Shown: piece by piece, positions 63,048-64,000 of the stretch | How the letters are laid out: each line of letters begins with the position of its first letter | Position numbering within the stretch: the stretch's first letter is position 1 | Assembly: GCA_030390025.1 (NCBI GenBank) | Contig: CM059432.1 | Location: 139,564,001-139,628,000 of the forward strand | Direction of reading: 5' to 3' | From: Squalus acanthias | Lineage: Eukaryota | Length of the DNA: 64,000 bases | The notes under the pieces: model-generated | Told to the model about the DNA's origin: nothing | Database searches by the model: none | The model's input: only the letters and a program-made list of their open reading frames with translations | Translations under genes and position numbers: made by a program

Positions 63048-63595
63048 AGATGCGAGGTAACCAACATGGACCACCTCACCACAGTTCTTAACCTCAATAT
63101 TCTGATTTATCGGCATGCTGGAAATCTGTCCCGAGAACTTTGCTGCTTACAACAGTTAGTTTCCTTGCACCCTCTCAATCCGTGGTGCTGGAAGAAACTA
63201 GCTGAGTCTTACCTGGGTCTAGTTCAAGCCTCATCGTCTCCGACAGTGTCAGCAGTCCCAGCCTGCAGGGATGGACACTGCCTCAAAACGCCGCAAAAGA
63301 CAGGTGTTGAGACCGAAACATCTAAAACCAAACCTGGCGGCGCAGAGCCTCAACGCGCGAGCAAAGGTCCTTCCGTGCAAGTGGATTGTAAAAGGCGGAC
63401 AGTCTGCCCCAAAAGTGTGTCCGAAGAGGAGAATTCAGATCCAACACTTACAAGCAGCAGAAAGCAACCATCAGGGACAGGAAATGTTGGCTCTATCCAC
63501 TCAGCTGCTGGCGATAGCATAGAAATCGATTCCAAACGTGGGGAGGAGCTGAGGGATATGTGGATGTTTGCATGTTCCTCCTTCGTAAGAGCAAG
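63048..63595 (+). CDS. C8orf76: C8orf76 exon 4 (gene continues past window)
   Basis: TAG|RCEVTNMDHLTTVLNL..CLQQLVSLHPLNPWCWKKLAESYL..ACSSFVRA(R)|GTATG, 548 nt, phase 0/2. Resembles human DHLTTVL..LHPFNPWNWGKLAEAYL..ACASFIRTR (recalled). Confidence 0.9.
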
Positions 63596-64000
63596 GTATG
63601 CATGTAAGGTGTGAACGGGGTATGTCATTTATCTGTGTCACCGGGCCGGATCCTGCTGGAACAGGGCATCTCTCGGTGTGCCCCGTTAGTTAGATTCTTC
63701 CCCGCACCCTTCAGCTTGAAAAAGTTTTGCGGCGTAACTCGCTGGAAGTGCGAGCTGATAACGGTGCGGCGAGGGCAAGCGGGCATTCGGGACCTCGGTG
63801 AACGGAGGAACGACAGAGAAGGAGTGTGAATTAGAATGGGTGAATTAGAGTCAAATCAGGTACAGAAGGAGAAATAAAGAGAGGGAAAGAAAGATTGGAT
63901 AGACAGAAAGGAAAAGTAAGGAAAAAAATGTAAACATTTTAACTTTGACATTTTTAAAATCTCTTAACAACGGTTTCAGTTGTTCAATTTTTAGGGGAGA

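Overview
Vertebrate genomic DNA, most likely a cartilaginous fish (inferred from the SINE, CR1 and Penelope families and the TRIM type). Two intact + strand genes lie in the conserved vertebrate order. ZHX1 has a CpG-island promoter at ~25-26.2 kb, a single 902-codon coding exon at 38222-40930 and a candidate 3'-UTR exon from 46154. C8orf76 has coding exons 1-4 at 53980-63595 and continues beyond the window. The first ~24 kb is a repeat-rich accessory block: a 5'-truncated TRIM/B30.2 pseudogene on the - strand, two 3.5-kb minisatellites, a LINE carrying a solo LTR, a 466-bp non-autonomous RTE and a Tigger fossil. The most notable structures are four TSD-flanked Penelope-like insertions with minimal hammerhead ribozyme motifs (one a near-perfect hairpin), the mini-RTE, and a possible spliced - strand ORF that runs through compensating frameshifts in the TRIM remnant. 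I found no convincing wholly new system. Protein and family identities come from my recognition of the sequence, not from database searches.
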